Below are positions 9,506 to 20,559 of a stretch of DNA of 64,000 nucleotides, piece by piece. The notes beneath the pieces were generated by a model. That model did not search any database. It was not told the origin of the DNA and saw nothing but the letters and a program-made list of their open reading frames with translations. The position numbers were made by a program, and so were the translations under genes. Position 1 is the stretch's first letter, and the number at the start of each line of letters is the position of its first letter. Source of the DNA: Candidatus Bathyarchaeia archaeon (GTDB taxonomy: Archaea > Thermoproteota > Bathyarchaeia > Bathyarchaeales > Bathycorpusculaceae); the NCBI GenBank assembly GCA_049515895.1, contig JBEKTQ010000008.1, forward strand, positions 45,241 to 109,240, read 5' to 3'.

Positions 9506-10759
9506 TTGCTTCTTAATGACCTCGCACAAGTAGTCTATGCACCTTCAAAAGCCTTTAAGAAAATTATTGAAAACCCCAAATACCTGGGTGCCCTTTTGGT
9601 TCTGCTCCTTTTTGTCGGCTTGGCTATCGGCTTTGAGTTTGTCCAGTTTTCGAGGATTTACACTGAGAACACCGTGCCTCAGGTTGGCCAGCTACAGGAT
9701 TTCCTTAACTCGACATCTTGGAGGAGCAGTTCAAACGTGGCTCTAAGCGACAATTTCGCTGACCCATTCAACTACAGCATCTTCGTCGCTGCACTAAATA
9801 CCAATTACAGCATGTTTGGAAACAGCAGCCTCGAAATGGGTGCTATCCACACTAACAACATAACGACGGCGTTAGGCAACGTGTTCAACGTCGATTGCAA
9901 CCCGTCGGGCTTCCAAAACCTTTCTATTACCATAAAACAGGTGGCACCCTCTTCCGCACCTCAAAATGCAGCTTTGACTTTGTTCTCCCTTAGCGATACG
10001 AGTTTTTACACTTATGACCTAACTTCGTCCCTAAACTCAGCCCCCGTTGGCGCGTGGAACAACTTAACCATCCCTCTAGGACCCAAATCGTCAGGTTGGA
10101 CGACAACAGGTACCCCGTCATGGGGTAACGTTACCGCTTTACAGTTAAGCCTAAATTATCCAGCTAATTCAAACATCACCGCCCGCATCGGCGCTTTGTT
10201 CTTCCGAGGACAATACCAGACACCTGTGCAAACTGACAGCCTTGGTCTTGTTGAACAGTTTCTGTCGTCGTATGGTTTCGAGTTCATTTTAGTCTGGTTC
10301 GTGTTAACTGGAATAATCTACCTGTTCTTTTACGGAATGAAAACCTCTCACGTTTGGAAACCACTCTTTGTCGCCACTGGTTACGCGTTGATCGTATTGG
10401 ACATCAGAGCATTGATTAACATTATTGCAGCAGCCACTTTGCCAACCCTCTATTATCCCTTCGACATAACGCTTGGAGTTCGCTTCAACTTTTATGGAGC
10501 AACAGTCTATGCAGGAGCAGCAAGCAGCTTAACAACGCAGTCCCACGCCATCCTCAACAGCATCAACACCGCAACCGCTGGCTTCGGAACCATAGTTTTC
10601 CTGATGTTCGCCGTCTCCTACATCTGGATAGGCTTCTTATCCACAATAATAGTAGGAACACTAAAACCAGAGTTCTCAATGACAAAGCGAATTACAATCG
10701 CCGTAGTCAGCGTCGCCGCAACGGTCTTCCTGTCTCTTCTGCTAGTAGGACTGGTTTAA
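9506..10759 (+). CDS. YIP1-like membrane protein with large extracellular loop
   Basis: PSKAFKKI N-terminus followed by a TM, an N/S/T-rich loop and several C-terminal TMs. Confidence 0.65.
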   Translation: MLLNDLAQVVYAPSKAFKKIIENPKYLGALLVLLLFVGLAIGFEFVQFSRIYTENTVPQVGQLQDFLNSTSWRSSSNVALSDNFADPFNYSIFVAALNTNYSMFGNSSLEMGAIHTNNITTALGNVFNVDCNPSGFQNLSITIKQVAPSSAPQNAALTLFSLSDTSFYTYDLTSSLNSAPVGAWNNLTIPLGPKSSGWTTTGTPSWGNVTALQLSLNYPANSNITARIGALFFRGQYQTPVQTDSLGLVEQFLSSYGFEFILVWFVLTGIIYLFFYGMKTSHVWKPLFVATGYALIVLDIRALINIIAAATLPTLYYPFDITLGVRFNFYGATVYAGAASSLTTQSHAILNSINTATAGFGTIVFLMFAVSYIWIGFLSTIIVGTLKPEFSMTKRITIAVVSVAATVFLSLLLVGLV

Positions 10760-10905
10760 AACAAAGATGAAATGCCTTTTTCCGCGGCTTTTTGCTTGCT
10801 TTCCTTGCTGTTTAGCGCTCAGGTTATTTCTTAAGCAAGATTTATATGATTGAAATTCACCTTTGCAATTGAAAACCTTAGCGAAGAACATAGTTTAGGT
10901 GATTT

Positions 10906-11202
10906 GTGTTGACGGCAATTAAAGATTTGCAAAATGGGATGAAACGGGTGAGCGTTGAAGCCAAAGTTGTTGAAAAAGGCGAGCCCCGCGAAGTTAAATC
11001 CCGCTTCAAAGACGAAACCTACCGCATCGTGGACGCTGTGGTTGCAGACGAGACAGGCAGCATCAAGCTGACGCTGTGGAACGAGCAGATTGATCAGGTC
11101 AACGTTGGCGACAACATAAAAATAGACAATGGCTACATAACCAGTTTCAAAAGCGAAATCCAACTTAACGTCGGCAAATTCGGCACACTAAAAGTCTCAT
11201 AA
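10906..11202 (+). CDS. Single OB-fold ssDNA-binding protein (SSB/RPA-like)
   Basis: VADETGSIKLTLW, LNVGKFG. Confidence 0.88.
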   Translation: MLTAIKDLQNGMKRVSVEAKVVEKGEPREVKSRFKDETYRIVDAVVADETGSIKLTLWNEQIDQVNVGDNIKIDNGYITSFKSEIQLNVGKFGTLKVS

Positions 11203-11359
11203 GGTACCAAGCACTTGACCATCGGTTTTTCTTGAAAGATTAGACGCTCTTCTTAATAACATAATTCGTAAGCTAAAGAATGGGAACAGTGAATAGACTA
11301 TTTTTAGAACAGCCATTCTATTGCGAAGGATTAAGAGTTTTAGGAACTATACCTTACTT

Positions 11360-11971
11360 ATGGCAAACCCTAGCCAAAAGGCAAATCAATTCAACAAGAA
11401 AAACAAATTAATCATCGCCGCATTGGCGATCGTTGCAGTTTTATTGGCTTCATTTTGGGTAACACAACAAATCTCCTTTTGGCCATCCAATGCTGTCAAA
11501 CCCGATGTTACAGCGGTGCCGCCCATCACCGGGTACTACTTGAACTTCCAAGGCAACACCACCAAGATATTTGTTGGTTCGGCAACCGTGAGTTCTGGTT
11601 CTTACCCTTACCCCACACGCTCAGCTCTTGGGAGCAAATCAGGCAGCCCGCCAGTAGTGGAGAAGGGTGAGCCATGCGTCATAATCAATGTTACAATTCG
11701 CAATGATTATTCTGAACAGTCACCAGTGCCTGACCATTTTCCAGGTCATCCAACTTTGGCATATGTTTTCTTGACCGCAAAAATATTCAACGGAGACAAA
11801 CAAATCAATTCAGTCGATTTAACGCATGTAGGTCTGCCCCCTGATGCCTGGTCATTGGCAGGTTTACAAGGTGGGGAAAACGAGACCATTTCCATTTACC
11901 TGGCGACCACAAGCAGAACGGAAATAACGGGTTTCGAGATTGTTCCCATGTTGATCGGTGGGCTTCCGTAG
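11360..11971 (+). CDS. Membrane-anchored hypothetical protein
   Basis: N-terminal hydrophobic helix; long open frame. Confidence 0.6.
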   Translation: MANPSQKANQFNKKNKLIIAALAIVAVLLASFWVTQQISFWPSNAVKPDVTAVPPITGYYLNFQGNTTKIFVGSATVSSGSYPYPTRSALGSKSGSPPVVEKGEPCVIINVTIRNDYSEQSPVPDHFPGHPTLAYVFLTAKIFNGDKQINSVDLTHVGLPPDAWSLAGLQGGENETISIYLATTSRTEITGFEIVPMLIGGLP

Positions 11972-12108
11972 GCATAATTACTAAACTGTACGGTAACCTC
12001 CTTTTAGGCATCTATGACACGTGTCATGAATTATACTGAACCTGAGAAAAAACCTTATTAGTTGAAACAGTTGGGTTCATTTCTTAGAAGGGTGTTGGAG
12101 AAGCTAAA

Positions 12109-14052
12109 TTGCAGTTTGAACTTATCGCTCCATACAAAATGTCGCCTGGACAGGCTGAAGCCGTTGAAAAGCTAGCCGCCAACATCCCCAAGAAACAGAA
12201 GCAAACCCTTCTCGGCATCACAGGCAGCGGCAAAACCTTCATCATGGCAAACTTGATCAACCGCCTCCAAAAGCCGACATTGATTATTGCGCACAACAAG
12301 ATTTTGGCGGCTCAACTTTACGGCGAGCTAAGAGAGCTTTTCCCCCACAATCGAGTTGAATTTTTCATTTCGTTCTACGATTTTTATCAGCCTGAATCTT
12401 ATTTGCCGGCTCAGGACATGTACATTGAAAAGGACTCTGACGTGAACGAGGAGATCGAGAAGATGCGTATGCACGCCGTGTCCAGCCTGGTAAGCCGGAA
12501 CGACACGATAATTGTTGCCAGCATCAGCTGCATTTACAGCCTTGGAAACCCAGAAGACTTCAGAAGTATGGCGCTGTACCTGTCGGTTGGAAAGCAAATC
12601 GGAAGGCAAGAGCTCATCCGCTCGCTAGTTGAGATGCAGTATGAACGCAACGACATGGAGCTTGAGCCAGGCAGGTTCCGTGTGCGAGGCAACACAATTG
12701 ATGTTGTGCCCTCCTACGAGAACGACATTTTACGCATTGAACTCGACGGAAACACTATTGGCAAACTCAAAGAAGTCCACCAAATAACAGGCGACGTAAA
12801 AGTTGCGGTCGACAGGCTAACGCTTTACCCTGCACGCCAATACGTTGTTCCAGAAGAGAAACATGCACTTGCACTTGAACACATCAAGCAGGAGCTGGAG
12901 CAGAGGCTTCCCGACCTACCGCCGCTCGAAGCACAAAGGCTTAAACAACGCACAAATTATGATTTGGAGATGATTAGGGAAATCGGTTTCTGCGCAGGCA
13001 TGGAAAACTACAGCCGACACTTCGACGGACGCAGACCAGGCGAACCGCCCTTCACCTTGATGGATTACTTCCCTAAAGATTACCTGCTAATCATCGACGA
13101 GAGCCACCAGACGATTCCCCAATCCCGTGCCATGTACAACGGCGACTACGCAAGAAAAAAGAACCTTGTAGACTTCGGCTTCCGACTTCCCAGCGCACTC
13201 GACAACAGACCTCTCAAGTTTGACGAGTTCGAGGGCAAAATGGGCAAAGTCCTCTTCGTCTCCGCAACCCCAGCTGAGTACGAGTTGGAAAAGAGCGGTT
13301 CACCCGTCGAATTAATCACGCGGCCAACAGGCCTTTTGGACCCTGAAGTTGAGGTTCACCCCATTGTTGGGCAAATGCAGCATCTGATGGCTGAAGCAAA
13401 GAAAACCATCGAGCGGGGAGATCGAATCCTAATCACAACCCTCACAAAGCGAATGGCTGAGGATCTGGCGGATTATCTAGTTAAGGAAGGCTTCCGCGTT
13501 AGGTATATGCACTCTGACATCGACAGTTTAGACCGCATTGAGCTTGTGCGGCAGCTTCGAGTGGGCGACTTTGACATTTTAGTTGGAATCAACCTGCTGC
13601 GTGAAGGCTTAGACATCCCCGAGGTCGCAACCATCTTCATTTTAGACGCCGACAAGGAAGGGTTCTTGCGGGACGAACGGAGCCTCATCCAAACTATCGG
13701 ACGGGCAGCGAGAAACGTAAACGGCAGAGTCATCCTGTACGCCGACATTGAAACAAGCTCGATAAAGCGAGCCATAGAAATAACCAATTACCGCCGCGCC
13801 TTCCAGAAACGCTACAACCAAATCCACAACATCACCCCCACGACCATAATTAAAAGCGTCTCACTCAAGGAAGGAACCATCAAAGGCACAAAGCACCTTC
13901 CCAAGTCAGACATTAGACGGCAAATAATCGAGTTGGATGCTAAAATGAGAGAAGCCGCTGAAAAACTCGATTTCGAACGGGCTATTGAATTGCGGGACAC
14001 GATTGCCCAGTTGAATTCGGCTTTGGCTAGGAAGATGGAAATTGAAAGCTAG
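12109..14052 (+). CDS. uvrB: Excinuclease ABC subunit B
   Basis: GITGSGKT, YQPESY, IDESH, QTIGRAARN, C-terminal UVR domain. Confidence 0.97.
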   Translation: MQFELIAPYKMSPGQAEAVEKLAANIPKKQKQTLLGITGSGKTFIMANLINRLQKPTLIIAHNKILAAQLYGELRELFPHNRVEFFISFYDFYQPESYLPAQDMYIEKDSDVNEEIEKMRMHAVSSLVSRNDTIIVASISCIYSLGNPEDFRSMALYLSVGKQIGRQELIRSLVEMQYERNDMELEPGRFRVRGNTIDVVPSYENDILRIELDGNTIGKLKEVHQITGDVKVAVDRLTLYPARQYVVPEEKHALALEHIKQELEQRLPDLPPLEAQRLKQRTNYDLEMIREIGFCAGMENYSRHFDGRRPGEPPFTLMDYFPKDYLLIIDESHQTIPQSRAMYNGDYARKKNLVDFGFRLPSALDNRPLKFDEFEGKMGKVLFVSATPAEYELEKSGSPVELITRPTGLLDPEVEVHPIVGQMQHLMAEAKKTIERGDRILITTLTKRMAEDLADYLVKEGFRVRYMHSDIDSLDRIELVRQLRVGDFDILVGINLLREGLDIPEVATIFILDADKEGFLRDERSLIQTIGRAARNVNGRVILYADIETSSIKRAIEITNYRRAFQKRYNQIHNITPTTIIKSVSLKEGTIKGTKHLPKSDIRRQIIELDAKMREAAEKLDFERAIELRDTIAQLNSALARKMEIES

Positions 14053-14147
14053 CCCAGAAAATGAGGGATTTGCGGCAAAAAGGTTCTAATCTCTCCTACT
14101 CAAACAAGTTACAATTTACAGAAGCGGAGAAGGAAACTGGTTTCGTT

Positions 14148-17051
14148 ATGAGAGACAGCATCTCGATAAAGGGTGCAAGAGAGCATAACCTCAAAAACAT
14201 TGATGTAGAGTTGCCCAGAAACAAGTTCATAGTCATTACTGGGCTGTCAGGTTCAGGAAAATCCACCCTTGCATTTGACACTATCTACGCTGAAGGACAA
14301 CGAAGGTACGTGGAGAGCCTATCCGCTTATGCGCGACAATTCCTCGGCTTAATGGACAAACCCGACGTTGACTCAATCGAAGGGTTATCTCCCGCAATCT
14401 CGATTGAGCAGAAAAGCACAAGTAAAAACCCACGCTCAACCGTTGGCACAGTCACTGAAATATACGATTACCTAAGACTCCTCTACGCGCGGATCGGCAC
14501 ACATCACTGCCCAAAATGCGGCAGCTCAATTCACCCACAGAGCCCCGAAAACATAACCAGCCTCATCATGTCCGAAAAAGAGAAAACACTCATTTTCTTA
14601 GCCCCGATAATCCGTGGCATAAAAGGGACACACGAACAAGTTTTCGACGACCTCAAAAAGCAGGGTTACACCAAAATAAGGGCGGACCAGAAAATCTACG
14701 ATTCCGATAGCATCAAGGAAGAAGTTAAACTTGTTCGGTACGAGAAGCACTGGATTGAAGCTGTCATCGACACAGTAAAAATCGCGGATGAAGAACGAAG
14801 CCGCATCAGTGAAGCCGTGGAGCAGGCACTTCAATTCGGCAAGGGAACAATGATAGTTATCGACGCCCAAAAGGAAGCTGAGGCGGAAAAGAAAAAGGAG
14901 CTTGAACGCTTCCAGGACGAAACCATGTACAGCACCTTCGGAGCATGCCCAAACCATCCCGAAATCGTTTTCGAAAGCCTTGAGCCACGGATGTTCTCAT
15001 TCAATTCGCCTTTCGGTGCTTGCCCAACATGCCACGGTCTCGGAGAGATAACGGAAATTTCAGAAGACAAAGTAATCCCTAACAGAAACCTCTCCATCAT
15101 AGACGGAGCACTCGCAGTCTACGGCAGCATGGACCTTAGCTGGCGTGCCCAACAGCTTGCTATGGTCGGCAAAAAGCACGGGTTCGACGTTTTCACTCCG
15201 ATTAAAGATTTCACTGAACCGCAACTGCACGTGCTCATGTATGGTGACAGGGAACCTTTGAATGGTCAATGGTCCAATGGAGCGAGCATGTGGATGCGGG
15301 ATGGCTGGGAAGGCGTAATCCCACAAACCATGAGGCTTTATCGTCAGACTGAAAGTGAATGGCGAAAAGAAGACATTGAAAAATTCATGACATCCAGACC
15401 ATGCAACGCATGCAAAGGAAAAAAACTGCAGCCCGTTGTGCTCGCAGTTAAAATTTTAGATAAAAGTATCATTGACGCAACTGACCTTTCAATCGAAGAA
15501 GCGGTTGACTTCTTTCAAAACTTACCTGCGCAACTCAACGAAAAAGAATTAGCCATAGCCAAGCAGGTGCTCAAGGAAGTCAACGAGCGGCTGGGCTTTT
15601 TGAAGAATGTCGGTTTAGGTTATCTTTCGCTTTCAAGAGCGGCGAAGACTCTTTCAGGCGGCGAAGCACAGAGAATTCGTTTAGCCACGCAGATCGGCAG
15701 CAACCTTATGGGTGTTCTGTACATTTTGGATGAACCCAGCATTGGCTTGCACCAACGGGACAACGCTAAACTGATCAGTACTCTACATCGCTTACGCGAC
15801 TTAGGCAACACATTGATTGTGGTTGAGCATGATGAGGAAACCATACGGAAAGCTGACTACATTATTGATATGGGACCAGGCGCAGGAGTCCACGGAGGAC
15901 ACGTTGTAGCCGAAGGTCCGCCAGATGAAATAATGGCTAACAAGCGAAGCCTCACAGGCAAATACCTCTCGGGCGAACTGAAAATTGAGGTGCCAGAGTC
16001 AAGGCGCAAACCATTAGGCTGCATCACAGTTAAAGGCGCAGAAGAAAACAACCTCAAACACCTCAACTTGCAATTACCGCTGGGAGTATTGTGTGGGGTC
16101 ACAGGGGTTTCAGGCTCGGGCAAAAGCACACTGATGAATTTGACCGTTATTCCCAAGTTGCGGGAGATGTTCGGGGAGAAAATCGACAAAATTGGCAAAC
16201 ATGAATCAATCAATTTCCCTTCGTTTGTCAGAAACGTAATAGTAATCGACCAAGATCCGATTGGCAGAACACCGAGAAGCAACCCAGCAACCTACACCAA
16301 GCTTTTCGACGAGATTAGACGCATTTTTGCTTCAACCAAAGAGGCAAAAGCCCGCGGCTACAAAGAGGGACGTTTCAGCTTTAATGTGAAAGGCGGCAGA
16401 TGCGAAACCTGCCAGGGCGACGGCGTCTTGCGCATAGAGATGAACTTTTTGCCAGACGTTTACGTGCAATGCAGCGACTGTAAGGGTAAACGTTACAACA
16501 AAGAAACCCTAAGCATCCTCTTCAAGGGTAAGAACATAGCTGAAGTTCTGGATATGACCGTGGAGGAAGCAGCTAAATTTTTTGAGAATACACCGCGGAT
16601 TTCGCGCAAATTAACCACCCTTCTTGATGTCGGCTTAGGCTACATTAAACTTGGGCAAAGCTCAACGACTCTGTCGGGAGGAGAAAGCCAACGTATCAAA
16701 ATCACCCGCGAACTAAGCAAAAACAAGTCAGGCCACGTTGTCTACATGCTTGATGAGCCAACCACAGGTCTACACTTTGATGACACTAAACGCCTCATCA
16801 GGGTGCTGAACAGGCTAGTTGACAACGGCAACACCGTTTACATAATCGAACACAACTTAGACGTCATAAAAAGCTGCGACTACCTTGTGGATTTAGGTCC
16901 TGAAGGCGGAGCCGCAGGAGGCGAACTGCTGGCACAGGGAACACCTGAAGAAGTCGCGGAAATCAACTCATCGTATACCGGCAAATTCTTGCAGAAAATA
17001 CTTAACCGCCCACAACAAGAAATAGGTTTGGCAGTGAAGCAGACTGCATGA
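14148..17051 (+). CDS. uvrA: Excinuclease ABC subunit A (ATG 14148 preferred over 14061)
   Basis: GAREHNLKN, two ABC cassettes, Zn fingers. Confidence 0.97.
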   Translation: MRDSISIKGAREHNLKNIDVELPRNKFIVITGLSGSGKSTLAFDTIYAEGQRRYVESLSAYARQFLGLMDKPDVDSIEGLSPAISIEQKSTSKNPRSTVGTVTEIYDYLRLLYARIGTHHCPKCGSSIHPQSPENITSLIMSEKEKTLIFLAPIIRGIKGTHEQVFDDLKKQGYTKIRADQKIYDSDSIKEEVKLVRYEKHWIEAVIDTVKIADEERSRISEAVEQALQFGKGTMIVIDAQKEAEAEKKKELERFQDETMYSTFGACPNHPEIVFESLEPRMFSFNSPFGACPTCHGLGEITEISEDKVIPNRNLSIIDGALAVYGSMDLSWRAQQLAMVGKKHGFDVFTPIKDFTEPQLHVLMYGDREPLNGQWSNGASMWMRDGWEGVIPQTMRLYRQTESEWRKEDIEKFMTSRPCNACKGKKLQPVVLAVKILDKSIIDATDLSIEEAVDFFQNLPAQLNEKELAIAKQVLKEVNERLGFLKNVGLGYLSLSRAAKTLSGGEAQRIRLATQIGSNLMGVLYILDEPSIGLHQRDNAKLISTLHRLRDLGNTLIVVEHDEETIRKADYIIDMGPGAGVHGGHVVAEGPPDEIMANKRSLTGKYLSGELKIEVPESRRKPLGCITVKGAEENNLKHLNLQLPLGVLCGVTGVSGSGKSTLMNLTVIPKLREMFGEKIDKIGKHESINFPSFVRNVIVIDQDPIGRTPRSNPATYTKLFDEIRRIFASTKEAKARGYKEGRFSFNVKGGRCETCQGDGVLRIEMNFLPDVYVQCSDCKGKRYNKETLSILFKGKNIAEVLDMTVEEAAKFFENTPRISRKLTTLLDVGLGYIKLGQSSTTLSGGESQRIKITRELSKNKSGHVVYMLDEPTTGLHFDDTKRLIRVLNRLVDNGNTVYIIEHNLDVIKSCDYLVDLGPEGGAAGGELLAQGTPEEVAEINSSYTGKFLQKILNRPQQEIGLAVKQTA

Positions 17052-18658
17052 TCCAAATAAAGTGCGCCTCAGATTTCAAAAGTTCTGACATACCAAGACA
17101 CCCTGGAGTTTACATCTTCAAAGACGAGCATGGCGAAATCCTCTACATCGGCAAGGCTAAAAACCTACGTTCCCGAGTCAAAAGCTACTTCTTAAATAAG
17201 GATCAGCCAGCAAAAACGAGACAGCTGGTTTCCAGAATCCGCGGCATCGACTGGATAATTGTAAACAACGAGGTTGAAGCTCTACTTTTGGAGAACAAGC
17301 TGGTTAAGCAGCACACGCCCAAGTACAACATTGACCTTAAAGACGCTAAAACCTTCGCTTACATCTCTCTGACAAGGGAACCTTACCCTCGGGTGCTTAC
17401 CAGCCGTAAAGTGGCACGCAAACTCGAATCGTTCGGACCTTACACCGAAGGCTTCATACGGCAAGACCTTCAACGTCTCGTCGTCCGCGTGTTTAAGCTG
17501 CGCACATGCAAAACCATGCATAAACGCGCCTGCCTGAACTATCACATACACCTCTGCACCGCCCCATGCATTGGAAAAGTCACCGCCGAAGAGTACGGCG
17601 AGCAAATCAAGCAGGCGCGATCCTTCCTGAACGGAAATTACCAGCAAACCATAAAACAACTCAACTCCCAGATGGAACAAGCCTCCCAAGGCCAGAAATA
17701 CGAAACTGCCCTTGAACTTCGCAACCAAATCGCCTCCATCAGGCTTGTCACTGAACACCAGATTGTAGACCAAGAACGGCGATTCGACCAAGACATCTTA
17801 GCCTTCAAGCAGGTCGGCGACAAAATGCTCGCTGTCCAAATGGGAGTCAGGAGAGGCGTGCTACTTGGGAAAAAACAGTTCAGCGTTGACCTGCAGCCTC
17901 AAGTTGAACAGGAATTCCTAAAGGCTTTCTATGCGAGCAATCGAATCCCACGAGAAATCCTCCTAAACAAGCCTTGCTGGCAAGAACCCGAAGAAAAGAA
18001 GGCTCTCGAAGAATTCCTATCGACAAAACGGTTAGCGCCAGTCTCTTTGATCATCCCCAGAAAAGCAAACAAACTTGCCCTAGTCCAGTTGGCAGAGAAA
18101 AACCTTGAGTCAACCTTGGAAGTTGACAGCTCACTGGTCGATCTGCAAAACGAACTTAAACTTCCAACCCTCCCGCGGATAATCGAATGCTTTGACATCT
18201 CCAATTTGGGGCAGGAACATGTTGTTTCAGGCATGGTCAGCTTCAAAGACGCCAAACCCGACAAGAAAAACTATCGGCGATTCAAAATCAAAACCTTCAC
18301 TGGGCAGGATGACTTCGCCGCCGTCAACGAAGTTGTGGCACGAAGGTACAGGCGGTTGCTTGAAGAAAAAACCCAGCTGCCCGACTTGGTGCTTATAGAC
18401 GGCGGACCCGGGCAAGTTAAAGCGGCAAAAGCGGCGCTCCAAACTGTCGGCTTAAATCTCCCGGTGATGGGGTTAGCGAAGGAGCATGAAGAAATATATT
18501 TGCCAGGAGACTCAGCGCCCAAAGTCTTCGACAAGAACAGCCGAATGATGCTTTTGCTTAGAAAGATCCGTGATGCAGCGCACGACTTCTCTCTGGGTTA
18601 TAACCTGAAGCGGCGGCAAATGAAAACAAGAGAAGAATTCAAACAAGCCAAAAAGTAA
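17048..18658 (+). CDS. uvrC: Excinuclease ABC subunit C (no C-terminal HhH visible)
   Basis: GIY-YIG (GVY..YIGKA), UVR domain, ECFDIS, LIDGG. Confidence 0.95.
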   Translation: MIQIKCASDFKSSDIPRHPGVYIFKDEHGEILYIGKAKNLRSRVKSYFLNKDQPAKTRQLVSRIRGIDWIIVNNEVEALLLENKLVKQHTPKYNIDLKDAKTFAYISLTREPYPRVLTSRKVARKLESFGPYTEGFIRQDLQRLVVRVFKLRTCKTMHKRACLNYHIHLCTAPCIGKVTAEEYGEQIKQARSFLNGNYQQTIKQLNSQMEQASQGQKYETALELRNQIASIRLVTEHQIVDQERRFDQDILAFKQVGDKMLAVQMGVRRGVLLGKKQFSVDLQPQVEQEFLKAFYASNRIPREILLNKPCWQEPEEKKALEEFLSTKRLAPVSLIIPRKANKLALVQLAEKNLESTLEVDSSLVDLQNELKLPTLPRIIECFDISNLGQEHVVSGMVSFKDAKPDKKNYRRFKIKTFTGQDDFAAVNEVVARRYRRLLEEKTQLPDLVLIDGGPGQVKAAKAALQTVGLNLPVMGLAKEHEEIYLPGDSAPKVFDKNSRMMLLLRKIRDAAHDFSLGYNLKRRQMKTREEFKQAKK

Positions 18659-18698
18659 ACGCGGCTTTCCCGTTTATGCAAACCGTTTTAGCGTTTGA

Positions 18699-19376
18699 AT
18701 GCTTAAATCTATATTCTCCTTAAGACAAACTGTATCCTGCACGTTAGAGGTCAATATTGTGGCTGAGGAAAAGGAAAGATCGACGCCGAAATCCCGCATA
18801 GAAACTCTATCCGACTTGATTTTCGGGTTAGCCCTCTCCATAGGCGCCCTTACTTTAATTGGGCAGGCGCCAAGCAGCTTTGAGGATTTGGTTGTATCTA
18901 TAGGGTATTACGCGTTTAGTTTTCTCATACTCATCAGCGTCTGGTACGGGTACACTCGCATTATGTCAAACGTGCGCATCGAAACGCGAAGAGAAGTTGA
19001 ACTAAATATTCTGCTGTTGTTCTTGGTTTCAATTGAACCCTTCCTGTTTAACGAACTTAATTCTTCTAGCCTTCCAACACAATATGTTTCAATACTTTAC
19101 GCTTTGGACTTGGGAGGATTATTTGCAATCCAAGCGCTTCTTGCCAACTCCATTTTAGCTGACAAGAAAAGACCAGAAGAGTTGCTTCGTCATTATGTAG
19201 CGGTGAGAAACTCGCAGATAGTGGGTGCAGCAATCTTCTTCATTTCAGTCCTTCCCTTCTTTTGGAGCTTAGCAATACCTATAACCAGCAAAGCAAGCAT
19301 CCCCTCAAGATTCATTCTCTGGATAGCCCCCTTGTTCTTACGCTTTATCCGACGCTTGTGGGAGAAGCGCGGTTAA
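18699..19376 (+). CDS. TMEM175 family membrane protein (K+ channel-like); start may be the internal GTG
   Basis: RIETLSDLIFGLALSI resembles the RxxxFSD motif; about 6 TMs. Confidence 0.75.
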   Translation: MLKSIFSLRQTVSCTLEVNIVAEEKERSTPKSRIETLSDLIFGLALSIGALTLIGQAPSSFEDLVVSIGYYAFSFLILISVWYGYTRIMSNVRIETRREVELNILLLFLVSIEPFLFNELNSSSLPTQYVSILYALDLGGLFAIQALLANSILADKKRPEELLRHYVAVRNSQIVGAAIFFISVLPFFWSLAIPITSKASIPSRFILWIAPLFLRFIRRLWEKRG

Positions 19377-19427
19377 GCTTGAACCCAAAAAACGATTTAA
19401 CTCATGGACAAATAATAAGGTGGTTTT

Positions 19428-19505
19428 TGGCGGGCCCGACGGGAATTGAACCCGCGGCCTACGGATTAAGAGTCCGCCGCTCTGGCCTGACTGAGCTACG
19501 GGCCC
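19428..19505 (-). tRNA. tRNA-Lys(CTT), CCA encoded
   Basis: GGGCCCGTAGCTCAG...CT-CTT-AA...GGTTCAATTCC...CGGGCCCG-CCA cloverleaf. Confidence 0.95.
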
Positions 19506-19632
19506 GCATGGTTTGCTTTGAAAAAAGTTTCATTGGCTAATATAGAGCTTGCGGTATCGTTGTGACTGCAACCTGATGCAATCAAAAACTAATAACTACG
19601 TTCCCCTTTTATGTTTTTATGAGCGTGTTCTT

Positions 19633-20559
19633 ATGGCGAATTCTTTGAGCAAAGTTTTTGTTCTAAAAACAACCGATCGAACCTCAGGCATCCCGGCATT
19701 GCTTAAAAAATTCAATTTAGCCGACTACTCTGGAAAAGATGTGGCTTTGAAAGCGAACTATAACAGTGCTGACCCGTTTCCAGCGTCAACCCACCTTGAC
19801 ACGTTAAGAGCCTTAGTGCTTGGCTTGAAGGGCGCCGGAGTAAGCTGGATAACTTTGGCTGAACGCAGCGGCATGGGCGACACCAAACAGGTTCTGGAGG
19901 AAATGGGCGTTTTAGCCCTCGCAAAAGAAATGGGATTTAAAGCGGTTGTCTTAAACGACGTCGGCAAGCAAGATTGGGTAAAGATAGAGAAAAAGGGCAA
20001 TCACTGGCTCCGTGGATTTTACATTGCTAGAGTGTTCCGTGAGGCTAGCAAAGTGGTCCAAACGTGCTGCCTAAAAACGCACAGGTTCGGCGGTCACTTC
20101 ACGCTTTCATTGAAGAACTCAGTAGGCTTAGTTGCAAAAAAGGTTCCAGGCGGAATGTACGATTACATGTGGGAGTTGCATGGTTCACCGTATCAACGCC
20201 AGATGATCGCTGAGATAAACAGCCATTACAACGTGGATTTTGTTTTGATGGATGGAATAAAAGCCTTCGTCACGGGCGGACCTGAAAGTGGAACACTGGT
20301 TGAGCCGAAGCTTTTGCTTGCTAGCCGAGACCGTGTAGCCATTGACGCCGTCGGGGTAGCTATTCTCAAAATGCACGGTGCAAAAGGCAAGGTCGGCGAA
20401 GCAGGCGTTTTCGAGCAGGACCAACTCAAGCGGGCTTCAGAGCTGGGTTTGGGAGTAAAGTCAGTTGCTGAAATAAAGTTAACGCCGTTGAATGATGAGA
20501 GCCGTGTGGATACAGAAAAGATTGAACGGTTTTTGGACTCGCGGCGCCTTATGCGTTAG
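19633..20559 (+). CDS. DUF362 family (Fe-S-associated) protein
   Basis: LKANYN, LKTHRFGG.FTLSLKN, DRVAIDA. Confidence 0.8.
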   Translation: MANSLSKVFVLKTTDRTSGIPALLKKFNLADYSGKDVALKANYNSADPFPASTHLDTLRALVLGLKGAGVSWITLAERSGMGDTKQVLEEMGVLALAKEMGFKAVVLNDVGKQDWVKIEKKGNHWLRGFYIARVFREASKVVQTCCLKTHRFGGHFTLSLKNSVGLVAKKVPGGMYDYMWELHGSPYQRQMIAEINSHYNVDFVLMDGIKAFVTGGPESGTLVEPKLLLASRDRVAIDAVGVAILKMHGAKGKVGEAGVFEQDQLKRASELGLGVKSVAEIKLTPLNDESRVDTEKIERFLDSRRLMR

